Positions 13,585 through 23,181 are shown, counted from the stretch's first letter. The stretch: 64,000 nt of DNA from Planctomycetota bacterium (GCA_038227875.1 JBBRPR010000004.1:76830-140829); one strand, 5' to 3'. The notes: generated from the sequence alone by a model not told the origin. Made by a program: numbers and translations.

Positions 13585-13780
13585 GCGCCGCCCCGCCGTC
13601 GCTGAAGAAGCGCCCGCCTCAGAGACCTCACGTCGCATGCGTTCCGCCGCCTCGCCCCGCCTCACAACCTCGAAGAGGTTGCGTCTACAAAGCCCAGGGT
13701 TGCGCCGCGAGGCGCTACCCTGGGTTCACGATCATGAATCGAAACCAACCCTGAAAGGGTTGCGGCTTCAAACTGAAGCG
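13585..13780. repeat. ~195-bp GC-rich direct repeat, copy 1, composed of several hairpins
   Basis: Nearly identical to 14008-14197. Contains cccagggttgcgcc-GCGA-ggcgctaccctggg (14-bp stem), caacctc-gaa-gaggttg and aaccct-gaa-agggtt. Confidence 0.75.
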
Positions 13781-14007
13781 CGCCGGGAATAGCGCCACGT
13801 CGTCCCAACCGCCGCCGCACGTTCGCCGCACGCGGCCCGCCGAGTCTCACGCGCGCACCGCCCCGAGTTCCGAACCCGGAGGGTTCACAACCATTAGCCG
13901 GCGGTTGAGCGCAGCGACACCGCCGGACCCGCGCCCCCCAATTGCTCCACATCCCGGAGGGATGCCAGACGAGCCGCACGTCCCACGCCAGAACTCCCTG
14001 CCCCCAG

Positions 14008-14197
14008 CGCGCCGCCCCACCGTCGCTGAAGAAGCGCCCGCCTCAGAGACCTCACGTCGCATGCGTTCCGCCGCCACGCACCGCCTCACAACCTCGAAGA
14101 GGTTGCGCTACAAAGCCCAGGGTTGCGCCGCGAGGCGCTACCCTGGGTTCGCGATCATGAATCGAAACCAACCCTGAAAGGGTTGCGGCTTCGAACT
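14008..14197. repeat. ~195-bp GC-rich direct repeat, copy 2
   Basis: The same element as 13585-13780 with a few substitutions. Confidence 0.75.
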
Positions 14198-14330
14198 AGC
14201 GACTAAGCGCAAGTTCCATCGTTGCTATATCGTCCAAAGAAGCCTTCGTAGGGCTCAGGTCCCTCGAGAAAATTCACAATCAAGCTGTTGTGTTGCGGCG
14301 TGGCGCAAGTATTGGCGAAATTGTTTAGCC

Positions 14331-15671
14331 TTACCGGTCTCGCCTTAGGCTCCGGGTCGCTAACTGTTGTACTCTACTGTCTCCATGCGAGGTCAGCTGC
14401 TGAACTAAAGGCAAAAACTCTGGATGCCAATTCCCCGCTTGTGCTATGTTACTCAATACTAGGAGACTCTCAGGATTCTTAACCTTTCCATAATATTCGA
14501 GAATTCGCTTGAAGATTTCGACTCGATGACGTGCCAATCGATCATAAATTGCCGGCTCCAGAACTATGTTTTGGTATACAACTAAAAATTGGTCGTTGAC
14601 TCGGAAAGCAGATTTCAAAACAGAGTCGAGGCGCTCGGGATCTGTGCAGATATTTGAAAAAATCCAAAGAGCAGTGCTGCTTGTGTTTGGGTCTTTCTCC
14701 ATCGCAATTTTCTCTAAATCGTCAATACGTCTTTGAAGTTCAATCCTGTGCGTACTGCAAAAGTTATTCTCCATGATTATTTCAAGAGCTGAACGCCTGA
14801 CGGGCGTGTCGTGATCATTGAATGCGACTGCAATAATACGCGCGGCATACTTGTCAGGGTCTAACTTTCCCAGAGCTTTCACTGCTCCTACTCGGAGTTC
14901 TAATTTCTCAGAGGTAAGAGCAGATTCCAATAGGCTGTAGCAATTTTCGGCAATTTGCGTTTCTCCCAATGAGTATAAGACCGCCATTTTAACTTCCATT
15001 GATGCTTCATTGAAAGCTCCTTGAAGATCAGCACAAATGTCAGGACCGACATCATGAAAGGCCTGCAGCGAGTATGCGGCAAGTTCTTGATCCTTTAAGG
15101 ACTTTGAACAAAGTTGCCCTCTTAGAAGTGCAAGTTCATTCGATCCGTCACTAAGAGCGTCGGGTAGAAAGCGACACTGCGGGATTGGATTCCCCCAAGC
15201 ATCATCTTCGCCATCTGTTATGTCTAGAAAGCGCTCAACAGGCTGAAAGGGGATATTGAGTTTAGACATTGTTGTCAAGACGTCGCTCAAAGCATCCCGA
15301 AAGGTCTTCTCGTTTCCCTGCGCGTAAAGGTTAGTGCGTGCAAAGTTAGCGATTGACCTAATGGAATTGTACAATTTGTCTGCTTCATTCTTTCTTAGAG
15401 AACTGATTCCTGTCGAGCCGTTTTGCCACTGCATAATTTGTGAAGGGGATTCGGGCAGCCTAGACAACATCAAATCTTCCCATTTGCTGAGATCCCGAAA
15501 ACTCGTGAAGGACCACAGGATAGTTATTGCATGGTCAATTTTTGGAGACACTTGCAATGTCGAGTGTGCATATGCGTCAAGGCATGAAACGAGGTACGCC
15601 ACGCGCGTTCGTTGTAAAACACCGCAAAGATTTTCATACAATTCTTCAAAATTTAAACTCTGTTGGTCCAT
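14331..15671 (-). CDS. Hypothetical HEAT/ARM-repeat protein (446 aa) in the low-GC island
   Basis: HEAT-like repeats (ELRVGAVKALGKLDPDKYAARIIAVAFNDHDTPVRRSALEII). Low GC. No catalytic motif recognised. Confidence 0.6.
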   Translation of the reverse strand: MDQQSLNFEELYENLCGVLQRTRVAYLVSCLDAYAHSTLQVSPKIDHAITILWSFTSFRDLSKWEDLMLSRLPESPSQIMQWQNGSTGISSLRKNEADKLYNSIRSIANFARTNLYAQGNEKTFRDALSDVLTTMSKLNIPFQPVERFLDITDGEDDAWGNPIPQCRFLPDALSDGSNELALLRGQLCSKSLKDQELAAYSLQAFHDVGPDICADLQGAFNEASMEVKMAVLYSLGETQIAENCYSLLESALTSEKLELRVGAVKALGKLDPDKYAARIIAVAFNDHDTPVRRSALEIIMENNFCSTHRIELQRRIDDLEKIAMEKDPNTSSTALWIFSNICTDPERLDSVLKSAFRVNDQFLVVYQNIVLEPAIYDRLARHRVEIFKRILEYYGKVKNPESLLVLSNIAQAGNWHPEFLPLVQQLTSHGDSRVQQLATRSLRRDR

Positions 15672-16034
15672 TTAGTATCCGCCGCGAGGCCAAGTCTTGG
15701 TTTTTCCTGTCGCCGCAATTTGTTCGCCAACTTTCTGCGGTAGGGGCTCTAATCTTTAGGCTACTTGATGAGGTAGTTATAGTACCTGCGATTAAGGAAA
15801 CTCTTGAGAAGAAAGTACGGGCTGAAGGTAAACACGTTTCAAATGTGGTCGCTGAGGCGCTATTGAAATAGGGCTTTAAGGTTTTAAACCTGAATGTGGG
15901 TTAAATGATTTTCTTACCTAAAGGTTTGTCCCTCTAGGCTTGTGCTTATGCGGGATTTTCACTAGAAGTAATGGCTCATAGTTGCAGAGCACTTTTGAGT
16001 ATCCCGATAGAGTATTCCAGAAGTGTTTAAGTTT

Positions 16035-16068
16035 TCCTCTTTCCCCCTGAGTGACTATCCCTCATGGG
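16035..16068. repeat. Right copy of the island-flanking imperfect direct repeat
   Basis: See 12727-12760. Confidence 0.5.
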
Positions 16069-16098
16069 GAGAGGGGACGCGCGCATAGATCGGCCTAA

Positions 16099-16134
16099 CC
16101 CAGGGTAGCGCTGCGGCGCAACCCTGGGCTTTGT
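16099..16134. repeat. Inverted partial copy of the CCCAGGGTTGCGCC...GGCGCTACCCTGGG hairpin element
   Basis: aacccagggtagcgctgcggcgcaaccctgggctttgt is the reverse complement of the hairpin core found in the 195-bp repeats. Confidence 0.6.
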
Positions 16135-16207
16135 CGCCATTAGCCCGTTGGGCTAAGCGAACGGCGAGCGCATCAACCGGTCCTTTCCGGCCGCCCGTCC
16201 GCTCCGC

Positions 16208-16257
16208 GGAAATGAAAAATGACCGATGACCAATGCCCACTGACCAATGACTCCGTT
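16208..16257. repeat. CAATGAC-heptamer tandem element (REP-like), copy 1
   Basis: gaaatgaaaaatgaccgatgaccaatgcccactgaccaatgactccgtt. Related copies form a large inverted repeat at 57186-57327. Confidence 0.65.
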
Positions 16258-16637
16258 AAATGGGCGCGATCCCGTCGCGAATGGGCGTGAACGCACCGGG
16301 ATGAGACCGCGCGTCTTTTTGCAGATGGACACCGCGTCTTCGTCTTTCACGAGAATGATGTTGCAGCCGTGGGAATACTCACGGGAAGTCCTTCGGTCTC
16401 ACGACGGAGCATTTCGGCGTACGGAGCCAGGCCAGGCCGGATTTGAACATGTGCGAGTCGGGCAGTTTGCAAACGCCGCGTTCGCAAGTCCGCGTTTCCG
16501 GACAAAAATGCTTCTCACCCTGCACCGTTTGCCGGAGGCCGAATCGAGTCGCGCGGCGGACGCAAGCGGCGCCCGCGACTCCGGATTTGGCATGACGTTC
16601 GCCATTACTCCTCTCGTCCTGACTGGGGGGCGCAGAC

Positions 16638-17267
16638 ATGAGTCGAATCTCCAATTCATTTCTTACCGCGACGGAAAGCCGCAAGACGCGCCGCGTTGAG
16701 ATCCTGCCCGACGTGGCCGACGTCACACCCACGCCGTCGTCGTTGTGGCGCGCGGTGGATGAGTCGTCGATGAGCCCCGCCAATATTACGTTGCTGTTTA
16801 TCGCCGGGGATTCGATGCACACCAAATTGGTGCGCATGGTTCTGAACTCCGCCGGATTTGTCACGCGGGAGACGGCCGGAACGCTTGACGTCGCTGGAGC
16901 CGCAGTGCCGTCGCTGGTGCTGCTGGATTGGGACGCCGAAGGCGTCGATGGCCACGCCATTCTCAACGCACTCCGCACGGATCCCCAACTGCGCCAGGTT
17001 CCGGTGATCGTGCTGACCAACCGCAGCGTCTCGCAGGGCTGGTGTTGTGAACTGGCGAAGTATTTCGTGAGTTGGGTGCTGGAAAAACCGATCGTCGTGC
17101 TCAGCCTGCCGCAGCTGATCCAGCGCACGATCGCCGCGCGGGGCCACGCGCTCCAAGGCTGCCAGATCGAACGCTCCGCCTTGCTCGTCGAGAACGGCCT
17201 GACCGCCTCCGGAGCGCTCTACAAATCCGTGATCCTCCCGTGTCTGGCGAGCGAGAGAAGTGAGTAG
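16638..17267 (+). CDS. Single-domain response regulator (CheY-like receiver)
   Basis: REC fold LLFIAGDSMHTKLVRMVLNSAGF...SLVLLDWDAEGVDGH...VPVIVLTNRS...KP. No output domain. The start is uncertain; an internal Met lies near 16773. Confidence 0.6.
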   Translation: MSRISNSFLTATESRKTRRVEILPDVADVTPTPSSLWRAVDESSMSPANITLLFIAGDSMHTKLVRMVLNSAGFVTRETAGTLDVAGAAVPSLVLLDWDAEGVDGHAILNALRTDPQLRQVPVIVLTNRSVSQGWCCELAKYFVSWVLEKPIVVLSLPQLIQRTIAARGHALQGCQIERSALLVENGLTASGALYKSVILPCLASERSE

Positions 17268-17400
17268 AGGTCTCACAAGAAACACATCTTTGAAAAGGTG
17301 GCAGGCCCCGGTCCTGTAACATTGGGTAACATTTTGCCACATCGCTCATAGGTGAGCCCGAATTTGACCGAGTCCGCGAATTTATGTCAAAAAACGAATA

Positions 17401-17476
17401 ACCGTGGTTGCAAATTTGCAACCACGAATTCACGCACACTGCGAACGTTCCACGTGGAACATTCACACTGTGGCGT
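17401..17476. repeat. Tandem palindromes: cgtggttgcaaatttgcaaccacg, then a second copy of the GTTCCACGTGGAAC REP-like element
   Basis: cacgcacactgcgaacgttccacgtggaacattcacactgtggcgt, compared with 1901-1953. Lies between convergent genes. Confidence 0.6.
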
Positions 17477-17480
17477 AACC

Positions 17481-19967
17481 TCAAGGACGTGCGGCGAGGA
17501 AGCCCCAGAAATAGACCGCCGTCAGCGTCGTGGTGTCGAGACAGTTCTCGTTCATCATCGGGTAGATCCCGAAGTCGATGTACTGCTCGTTGGCCGGCCA
17601 CGCGAAGAAATCCGGAACCATCTTCGGAGGCTGAAAATTCAGGTACCACTGCTGCACCCAGCCGCTCATGCCCCGCGCCATTTTGCTGGACTCATCGCCC
17701 TGCCCAAACGGGATATAGCCGACAGGCTGGTTCGGAAACTGCCCCGAAATCGCGGAATCCACTTTGAACGGAAAGTGCACGAACTTCTTCCCGATACCCG
17801 GGCAGTACGAAAGATTGTCCGGGTTCGCCCCGAGGCTGTAGTTGCACGCTTGGACGGCCGCGGCCAGATGCGAGCTCTTCTTCGAGAGCACATACGCCCG
17901 GATCAGATTGTACCCCCGCACGCCCGGCGCAGCGAAGTACGTGCACGGCCCGATCACCGGCAAATCCGTGCGCGCGCCGTTGATGATCTCAAACGCGTTC
18001 TTGTGGCTGAAGTCGATGGCGTAGTCGGCGTACGCGGAGAACATCTCGACGGCGCGCTTCTTTAACGCCGCGTCGGCCAGCTCATCAGGCAGCCGCGCAT
18101 AGGTAAAATCGGCATCCGGCTGATCGAGGTACCGCGGCGCTTCCGGCTTGGTGAGCTCCGTGAGCTGCTTGAAGGCCTCGTGGTACGCAGGCTTCTTGGT
18201 GGTGGCGAAGAGTTCCAACGCGGCCCGGCAGCGCGAGCCCTTGATCGAGTTGCCGAAGTTCGGCCACATGTCTTTCTTGGCGATGAGGCGCTTGTAGACG
18301 GGGTCGCTGACGTTGCTGTGGCTCTCGGCCCAGTCGTAGGCTTTGATGGCCGACTCGAGGTACTCGGCGGACTGCTTCTTGTCGAAGGCGCTAAGAATAC
18401 GCGAAGCCTTCGCGGCGCACGCGGTGTAGTCGTAGCTGGTGACCTGATCGGGCGCGTAGACGCCGGCGGCTTTCACCATCGGGCTTGTCTGCGCTTTGCG
18501 GCAGCCCCAGCCTTCGCCGTATCCGCCGCGGACGCCGCCATCGGGCATCTGCAGGCGCTTGAAACAGGGCAGCTGCCACAGGGCTTCGTCGAGAAGATCG
18601 GGAATGGCGTTGGCCTGCTCGTCCTTGGGCAAAGACAGCTTCAGATTCGCGAAGTACTCGGGCGCGAGTTCGTACAGTTCGAGCATGATCGACGTGACGG
18701 CAAGATGGTGGCCGAGCGTATCCCAATCGCCGGCGTCCTGGTAGCCGCCCCAAACTCCCGTGACGCGCTCGAGTTTGCCGGCCTTCGCCAACTCGGCGAG
18801 ATTGGCGCCGCGCTCGCCTTCCTGGCCTTCGTGGACGGACATGGTGAGCTGGTAGAACTCCACGCCATCGTCGGGATGGAACGCCCGCGCGCGTTTGAAG
18901 GCGCACATCGGCGGTCCGAGTTCGATGCCCTGGCGCTGGGTGAGAATGCCGAGCATCACGGTCTTGAACGGCGTCTCCCAGACGTCGCGCTTGAGGCTGA
19001 ATTTTTCGCTGATGCCGATGCCGGGAACGTAGACGACGTAATCCCCGGGCGTGTTGAAGGCGCTGAAATCGAGGCGCTGCACGGCGGTGTTCGTGTAGTC
19101 CTTTTCCTCGTGGACACAGAGGCGCTCAACGGCGTCTTGAGCCTTGGTCAGTTCCGGTTTTCCGGTGAAGACGCTTTTCCCGCTCGTGGCGTCGAGGAGT
19201 TCGAAGCTGTCAACGTGGTGCGTGTAGCCGACGCTTTTTCCAGCCTGCGCGCCGAGCCAGATTGAAAGATACGCACGCTTGAACGGATCGTCAGGACGGT
19301 ACCCGGTCTGGATCGCGTGGATGGCGTCGCTGCGCGTGGTCTTCGGCGCGTGGGTGTAGGTGACGGATTCCTTGTTGGTGTTGACGCCGGGGAAGTGGAG
19401 CGTGTAGGTCGCGCCGTCTTTCAGCGGTGCGGGGAGCTTCAACGAAATCGTGTAAATGAACGGCGCGGGGTGCGCGTTGTTGCCGTCGGGCTTGCCTTTG
19501 CGGTAGACGGTCGTCGGCGCGGTGGGCTGCGCGAAGGCCGTGTCGTCGGCCGATTGAATCGAATACGCGGCGGGTGTGTCGACGGCGGATTCGTCGAGGA
19601 TCTTGCCGGCCATCTTGCTTTCCACGAACAGATGGGCGCCGTCGGGCGAGACGGCGGCGACGCGCGTGCGCTGGCCGTTGACGGAACGGAAGAGCGCCTT
19701 GTCGTGTTCCTCGACCAGCGCACCATTCTTCACGGTGTAGTGCACTTCCTTCACGTTCTCGTCGACGATCTCGTCGCCGGGCTGGGACGTGTACGACGTG
19801 AGCTGATTGGGGACGTACGTGCCGGCTTGCAGGGTGATCGACAGTATGTCCGGCGCGACAGCGCAGACGTGGTCGATGGCGGGGCCGTCGGCCGGATGAT
19901 CCATCGCCAGCGCGAGGGGGCTCACAAAAAGTGCGAGGGTGAAAAGCGCGGTGCGGTGGGTCATCAT
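17481..19967 (-). CDS. Secreted glycoside-hydrolase-like protein (GH9-like DAGD motif, (alpha/alpha)6-type) with N-terminal Ig-like region
   Basis: Signal peptide MMTHRTALFTLALFVSPLALA. GGYQDAGDWDTLGHH is GH9-like. NPDNLSYCPGIG near the C-terminus. GAGG RBS upstream. Confidence 0.6.
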   Translation of the reverse strand: MMTHRTALFTLALFVSPLALAMDHPADGPAIDHVCAVAPDILSITLQAGTYVPNQLTSYTSQPGDEIVDENVKEVHYTVKNGALVEEHDKALFRSVNGQRTRVAAVSPDGAHLFVESKMAGKILDESAVDTPAAYSIQSADDTAFAQPTAPTTVYRKGKPDGNNAHPAPFIYTISLKLPAPLKDGATYTLHFPGVNTNKESVTYTHAPKTTRSDAIHAIQTGYRPDDPFKRAYLSIWLGAQAGKSVGYTHHVDSFELLDATSGKSVFTGKPELTKAQDAVERLCVHEEKDYTNTAVQRLDFSAFNTPGDYVVYVPGIGISEKFSLKRDVWETPFKTVMLGILTQRQGIELGPPMCAFKRARAFHPDDGVEFYQLTMSVHEGQEGERGANLAELAKAGKLERVTGVWGGYQDAGDWDTLGHHLAVTSIMLELYELAPEYFANLKLSLPKDEQANAIPDLLDEALWQLPCFKRLQMPDGGVRGGYGEGWGCRKAQTSPMVKAAGVYAPDQVTSYDYTACAAKASRILSAFDKKQSAEYLESAIKAYDWAESHSNVSDPVYKRLIAKKDMWPNFGNSIKGSRCRAALELFATTKKPAYHEAFKQLTELTKPEAPRYLDQPDADFTYARLPDELADAALKKRAVEMFSAYADYAIDFSHKNAFEIINGARTDLPVIGPCTYFAAPGVRGYNLIRAYVLSKKSSHLAAAVQACNYSLGANPDNLSYCPGIGKKFVHFPFKVDSAISGQFPNQPVGYIPFGQGDESSKMARGMSGWVQQWYLNFQPPKMVPDFFAWPANEQYIDFGIYPMMNENCLDTTTLTAVYFWGFLAARP

Positions 19968-19989
19968 GATTTGCCTCGGATGATAAAGA

Positions 19990-20013
19990 AGCTTAGTGCC
20001 CCGGGGCACTAAG
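19990..20013 (-). terminator. Rho-independent terminator after the Gfo/Idh/MocA gene
   Basis: Perfect 24-bp palindrome gcttagtgccccggggcactaagc, followed on the minus strand by UUCUUUAUC. Confidence 0.55.
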
Positions 20014-20042
20014 CTAAATTTACGATATCTACACTGTGGCGT

Positions 20043-21104
20043 TTACGCGAATTCTTCGCGGCGGATTTCGCGGCCTTGTTCGGCGGAGCGATAGGCCATC
20101 TGCGTCAGCGCGTTGATGGCGAGCGCTTCGCGCGGGGTCGTACCACATCCCGGATCGTTGCCGCGGATGGCCTGATTGAGCGCGGTGTACGCGTGGTCGC
20201 TGCCAGCGGTGCCGTCACGCCACGTGGAGGTGTGGGCCATCTGGCGCCACGGTCCGCCTTTTTCGGCGAAGTACGTGAAGTAGTTTTCGTCGTCCATCAG
20301 GATGCCGCCCTTGGTGCCGAGAATGGTGATCCGGCGCACGGGTTTGTGGTTGGAGATGTTGGCGAAATCGAACGTGTACGTCGTCTTCGCCGAGCGCGCG
20401 AAAATCGTGGCGTGTTCTTCGACGTCGTAAACGGTGCCGGCGGGGACATCGTGTGGGAAGCCCTGGAAGGTCGTCGCCGAGACCGTGGTGATCGGCGGCC
20501 ATCCGGTGAGATTCAAGACCAGGTCCATGAAGTACTGGCCCATGTCCATGAGCATGCCGCCGCCGGCGAGCTTCTTGTTGGCGAACCAGCGCGCGTCTTT
20601 GATGATGTCGACGCCCGGGCGGCCGCGGCTGCGGTAGTGCGTGACATCCACGCGGTAGATGTCGCCGACGTCGCCGTCCTTAATGTACTGGCGCGCAAGC
20701 GCCGCTGAACCCCAGCGCATGCGCGAGCTGAAAAAGATCACGTGCTTGGCGGCCTTGTCGGCGGCGGTGATGATCTGCTTGTTCTCTTCGACGTCGAGCG
20801 TGCTCGGCTTTTCGCAGGCGACGTGCTTGCCGGCCTGGAGCGCGGCGATGGTGATCGGCGCGTGGAAGGCGACGGGCGTGGCGACGGTCACCAGCTCGAT
20901 GTCGCTGCGCTTCAGCAGTTCGTGGTGGTCGGTGAGGACTTCGGTCTTGTCGAGATTGTATTCCTTCTTGCGCTTCTCGGCGCGTTCGCGGCTGATGTCG
21001 CAGAGCGCCACGACGTTCATACCGAGCGTCTGATACGTCTTCAAGTGTTCGCGGCTGATGTCGCCGCAGCCGATCAGTCCAACGTTGACGGGTTTATCGC
21101 TCAT
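20043..21104 (-). CDS. Gfo/Idh/MocA family NAD(P)-dependent oxidoreductase
   Basis: MSDKPVNVGLIGCGDISREH, the EKP motif, and the C-terminal dimerisation domain. The alternative start at 21143 would overlap the upstream gene. Confidence 0.85.
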   Translation of the reverse strand: MSDKPVNVGLIGCGDISREHLKTYQTLGMNVVALCDISRERAEKRKKEYNLDKTEVLTDHHELLKRSDIELVTVATPVAFHAPITIAALQAGKHVACEKPSTLDVEENKQIITAADKAAKHVIFFSSRMRWGSAALARQYIKDGDVGDIYRVDVTHYRSRGRPGVDIIKDARWFANKKLAGGGMLMDMGQYFMDLVLNLTGWPPITTVSATTFQGFPHDVPAGTVYDVEEHATIFARSAKTTYTFDFANISNHKPVRRITILGTKGGILMDDENYFTYFAEKGGPWRQMAHTSTWRDGTAGSDHAYTALNQAIRGNDPGCGTTPREALAINALTQMAYRSAEQGREIRREEFA

Positions 21105-21123
21105 GATTTTTTCAAGCTCCAGG

Positions 21124-21981
21124 TTAGCGGTTGAGGTTGGCAAAGGCGGCTTCGACGACTTCGCGGGCGGACTTTAAAGGGGCGAGGAGGTCGCCCTCGC
21201 CGATCGATTCAAAAGCGATGCCGCCGGTGTAGCCGGCATCGCGGTAGGATTTCAGCAGGCGCGGAAGGTCGTCGCCGAAGCCGGCGAGTTTCCCGCCAAC
21301 TGGCGCACCCTTGATCTTGAGGTGCGATTGCGTGGCCTTCGGCGCGAGCTTGGCGGCACTGACGTAGACTTTTTCTTTGATCTCGCGGGGCGCGTCGGCG
21401 TTCCAGAATTCGCTGGCGGCCCAGTTGCTCGGATCGGGACACGCGGTGAGGCGCTTGCTGCCGAGCGTGTTGATCAAGTTCAAAATGTCGTCGGCTTCGA
21501 CGAAGATCGAGTTGTGATTCTCGATCGCCATGTTGACGCCGGCGCGTTCAGCGTACGGGATACATTCGATGATGCCTTCGCGTGTCAGCTGCTCGAGCTT
21601 TTCGCGCGGGGCCTTGTCGTTGTAGTAGCCGGTGAGCATGCGGATGTTGGGCACGCCGAGAGAGCCTGCGATGCCGAGCCATTCTTTAATGTAAGCGATG
21701 TTGGCCAGGCGCCACTCTTCGTTGGCGACGAAGGCGAAGTCGTTGTACGTGGAGAGCGAGAGCACCTTCACGCCGACCTTGCTGGCGTGGCGCATGACTT
21801 TTTCGAGATGCGCGGGTTGGCTGGAGCCGAGATCGCCGGCGGGATTGCCCGCGGCGCCGGCCATGATTTCGATGCCGGAAAATCCCATCGCGGCGGTGGC
21901 GTCGAGGCAATCGAAGATTGTGAAAGCCGTATCGTTTTTGAAGCGGTCGCGGAAGCTCCAGGAATGCATGGCGGCGAACAT
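21124..21981 (-). CDS. Sugar phosphate isomerase/epimerase (xylose isomerase-like TIM barrel)
   Basis: MFAAMHSWSFRDRF...GFSGIEIM...AIENH. Confidence 0.85.
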   Translation of the reverse strand: MFAAMHSWSFRDRFKNDTAFTIFDCLDATAAMGFSGIEIMAGAAGNPAGDLGSSQPAHLEKVMRHASKVGVKVLSLSTYNDFAFVANEEWRLANIAYIKEWLGIAGSLGVPNIRMLTGYYNDKAPREKLEQLTREGIIECIPYAERAGVNMAIENHNSIFVEADDILNLINTLGSKRLTACPDPSNWAASEFWNADAPREIKEKVYVSAAKLAPKATQSHLKIKGAPVGGKLAGFGDDLPRLLKSYRDAGYTGGIAFESIGEGDLLAPLKSAREVVEAAFANLNR

Positions 21982-22117
21982 GGCGCGGGTGGCTCCTTGC
22001 GGGACTAGGTTTACCAGAATTTAACAGTCGTCAATCAAAGGACACATGAAAGATACTCCGTCCTACAGTGGGATTCTGCGGGAAAAACGTACCTTCTATT
22101 GATATAAGTTACCAAAA

Positions 22118-22186
22118 AGTCGCCTTAGCGCGCGTTGCGCGCTAAGGCGACAGGGGTTAGTTCGCTCGCAAACAGCCGCGAGCGAA
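22118..22186 (+). promoter_or_regulatory. Two consecutive strong hairpins in the divergent promoter region, preceded by an 18-codon sORF
   Basis: gtcgccttagcgcgc-gtt-gcgcgctaaggcgac (15-bp perfect stem) and gttcgctcgc-aaacagcc-gcgagcgaac. An sORF at 22045-22101 reads MKDTPSYSGILREKRTFY. Confidence 0.4.
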
Positions 22187-22281
22187 CCAACGGGGTCAGG
22201 GGCCAAGGGTCAGAATAGAGTGTGCGCAGGGAAGGGGTGGGCGGGGTTTTGCTTTTGGGTGGAGTTAAAAAGAAGTGAAGT

Positions 22282-23181
22282 TTGGCGAGAAGCTTCGCTC
22301 TCGCCTTGAGAATTTTGGGGAGGTACGTGGTGGGCTTCTATGCTTCTCCGTCGGAGCTGGATCGGAAGTGTTTCTCGCTCGATAGCACGGGGCGTTCGCG
22401 GATGGCGCAGGTGCCGGTGCGATTTCGGCGGGATCACGGGTGGCGGTCGTGGCAGTTCATGTACACGCTGCGCGGGGAAGGTGTGGTGGACATTGAAGGC
22501 TCGCCGTTTCACGCGCAGGAGCACACCGTCACGTTGATGCCGCCGGACAAGAGCCACGGGTATCAGCCGGCGAAAGGATGCAAGCTCTGGGAATACCAAT
22601 GGATCGAATTCAGTGGCGCGATGTCGGCCGATTTGCTCAACATGTTCGGACTGCTCGGGCGCTCGCACATCCACGGTTGCCGCGAGGCGTGGCCGGCGGT
22701 GGAGGACGTCGTCACGCGGCTGGAGACCGGCGGCAACGCGGCGCTGCATGAAGCGATGGCGCTTTTTCTGCGCGTGCTGGCGATCGTGGAATGGCGCGTG
22801 CGCCCCGAACGGACCCGCACACCGCTGGTGCAGCAGGTCGACCTGGCGGCCAAACGCTTTATCGCCGATCACCTCGAGGCGGAGATCGATCTCGACGCGG
22901 TCGCGCAGGCGGTGCGGACCAGCCCGCATCACCTCATCCGCGTCTTCAAGCGCAACAATAATCTGACGCCGATGGCATATCTGCGACAACTGCGCGCGGA
23001 GCGGGCGAAAGTGCTACTATCGCGGGGCGACTTGAGCATCAAGCAGGTCGGGCAGCGCGTGGGGTATCCGGTGCTGCAGCATTTTTCGCGCATGTTCCGA
23101 GCGGAGACGGGTAAGTCGCCGCGCGCGTGGCGTGGCGCTGGCGCGCAGGGGTCAGGGGTGGGGGCAGGCACGGTGGAGTAA
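22282..23181 (+). CDS. AraC family transcriptional regulator
   Basis: The C-terminal HTH_AraC signature runs from HHLIRVFKRNNNLTPMAYLRQLRAERAKVLL to GYPVLQHFSRMFRAETGKSPRAWR. The start is uncertain (GTG at ~22330 or the Met at ~22402). Confidence 0.8.
   Translation: MARSFALALRILGRYVVGFYASPSELDRKCFSLDSTGRSRMAQVPVRFRRDHGWRSWQFMYTLRGEGVVDIEGSPFHAQEHTVTLMPPDKSHGYQPAKGCKLWEYQWIEFSGAMSADLLNMFGLLGRSHIHGCREAWPAVEDVVTRLETGGNAALHEAMALFLRVLAIVEWRVRPERTRTPLVQQVDLAAKRFIADHLEAEIDLDAVAQAVRTSPHHLIRVFKRNNNLTPMAYLRQLRAERAKVLLSRGDLSIKQVGQRVGYPVLQHFSRMFRAETGKSPRAWRGAGAQGSGVGAGTVE

Noticed and set aside
13585-14197. Possible CRISPR array
   Set aside because: There are only two long (195-bp) repeats, with no short regular repeat-spacer architecture and no cas genes. 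It is a duplicated REP/hairpin block.
15527-15871. 114-aa plus-strand ORF overlapping the start of the HEAT-repeat gene
   Set aside because: It overlaps the 5' end of the better-supported minus-strand gene by ~145 bp. A short real gene starting later cannot be excluded, but there is no supporting motif.
16436-16470. tRNA-like T-arm GTTCAAATCCGGCC on the minus strand
   Set aside because: The flanking sequence does not form a T-stem or acceptor stem, and no cloverleaf can be drawn.
16379-17128. 249-aa ORF antisense to the receiver-domain gene, and 65-aa ORF at 16153-16350
   Set aside because: The first overlaps the plus-strand REC gene. The second is generated by the CAATGAC repeat element (the same peptide string recurs at 57247-57477).
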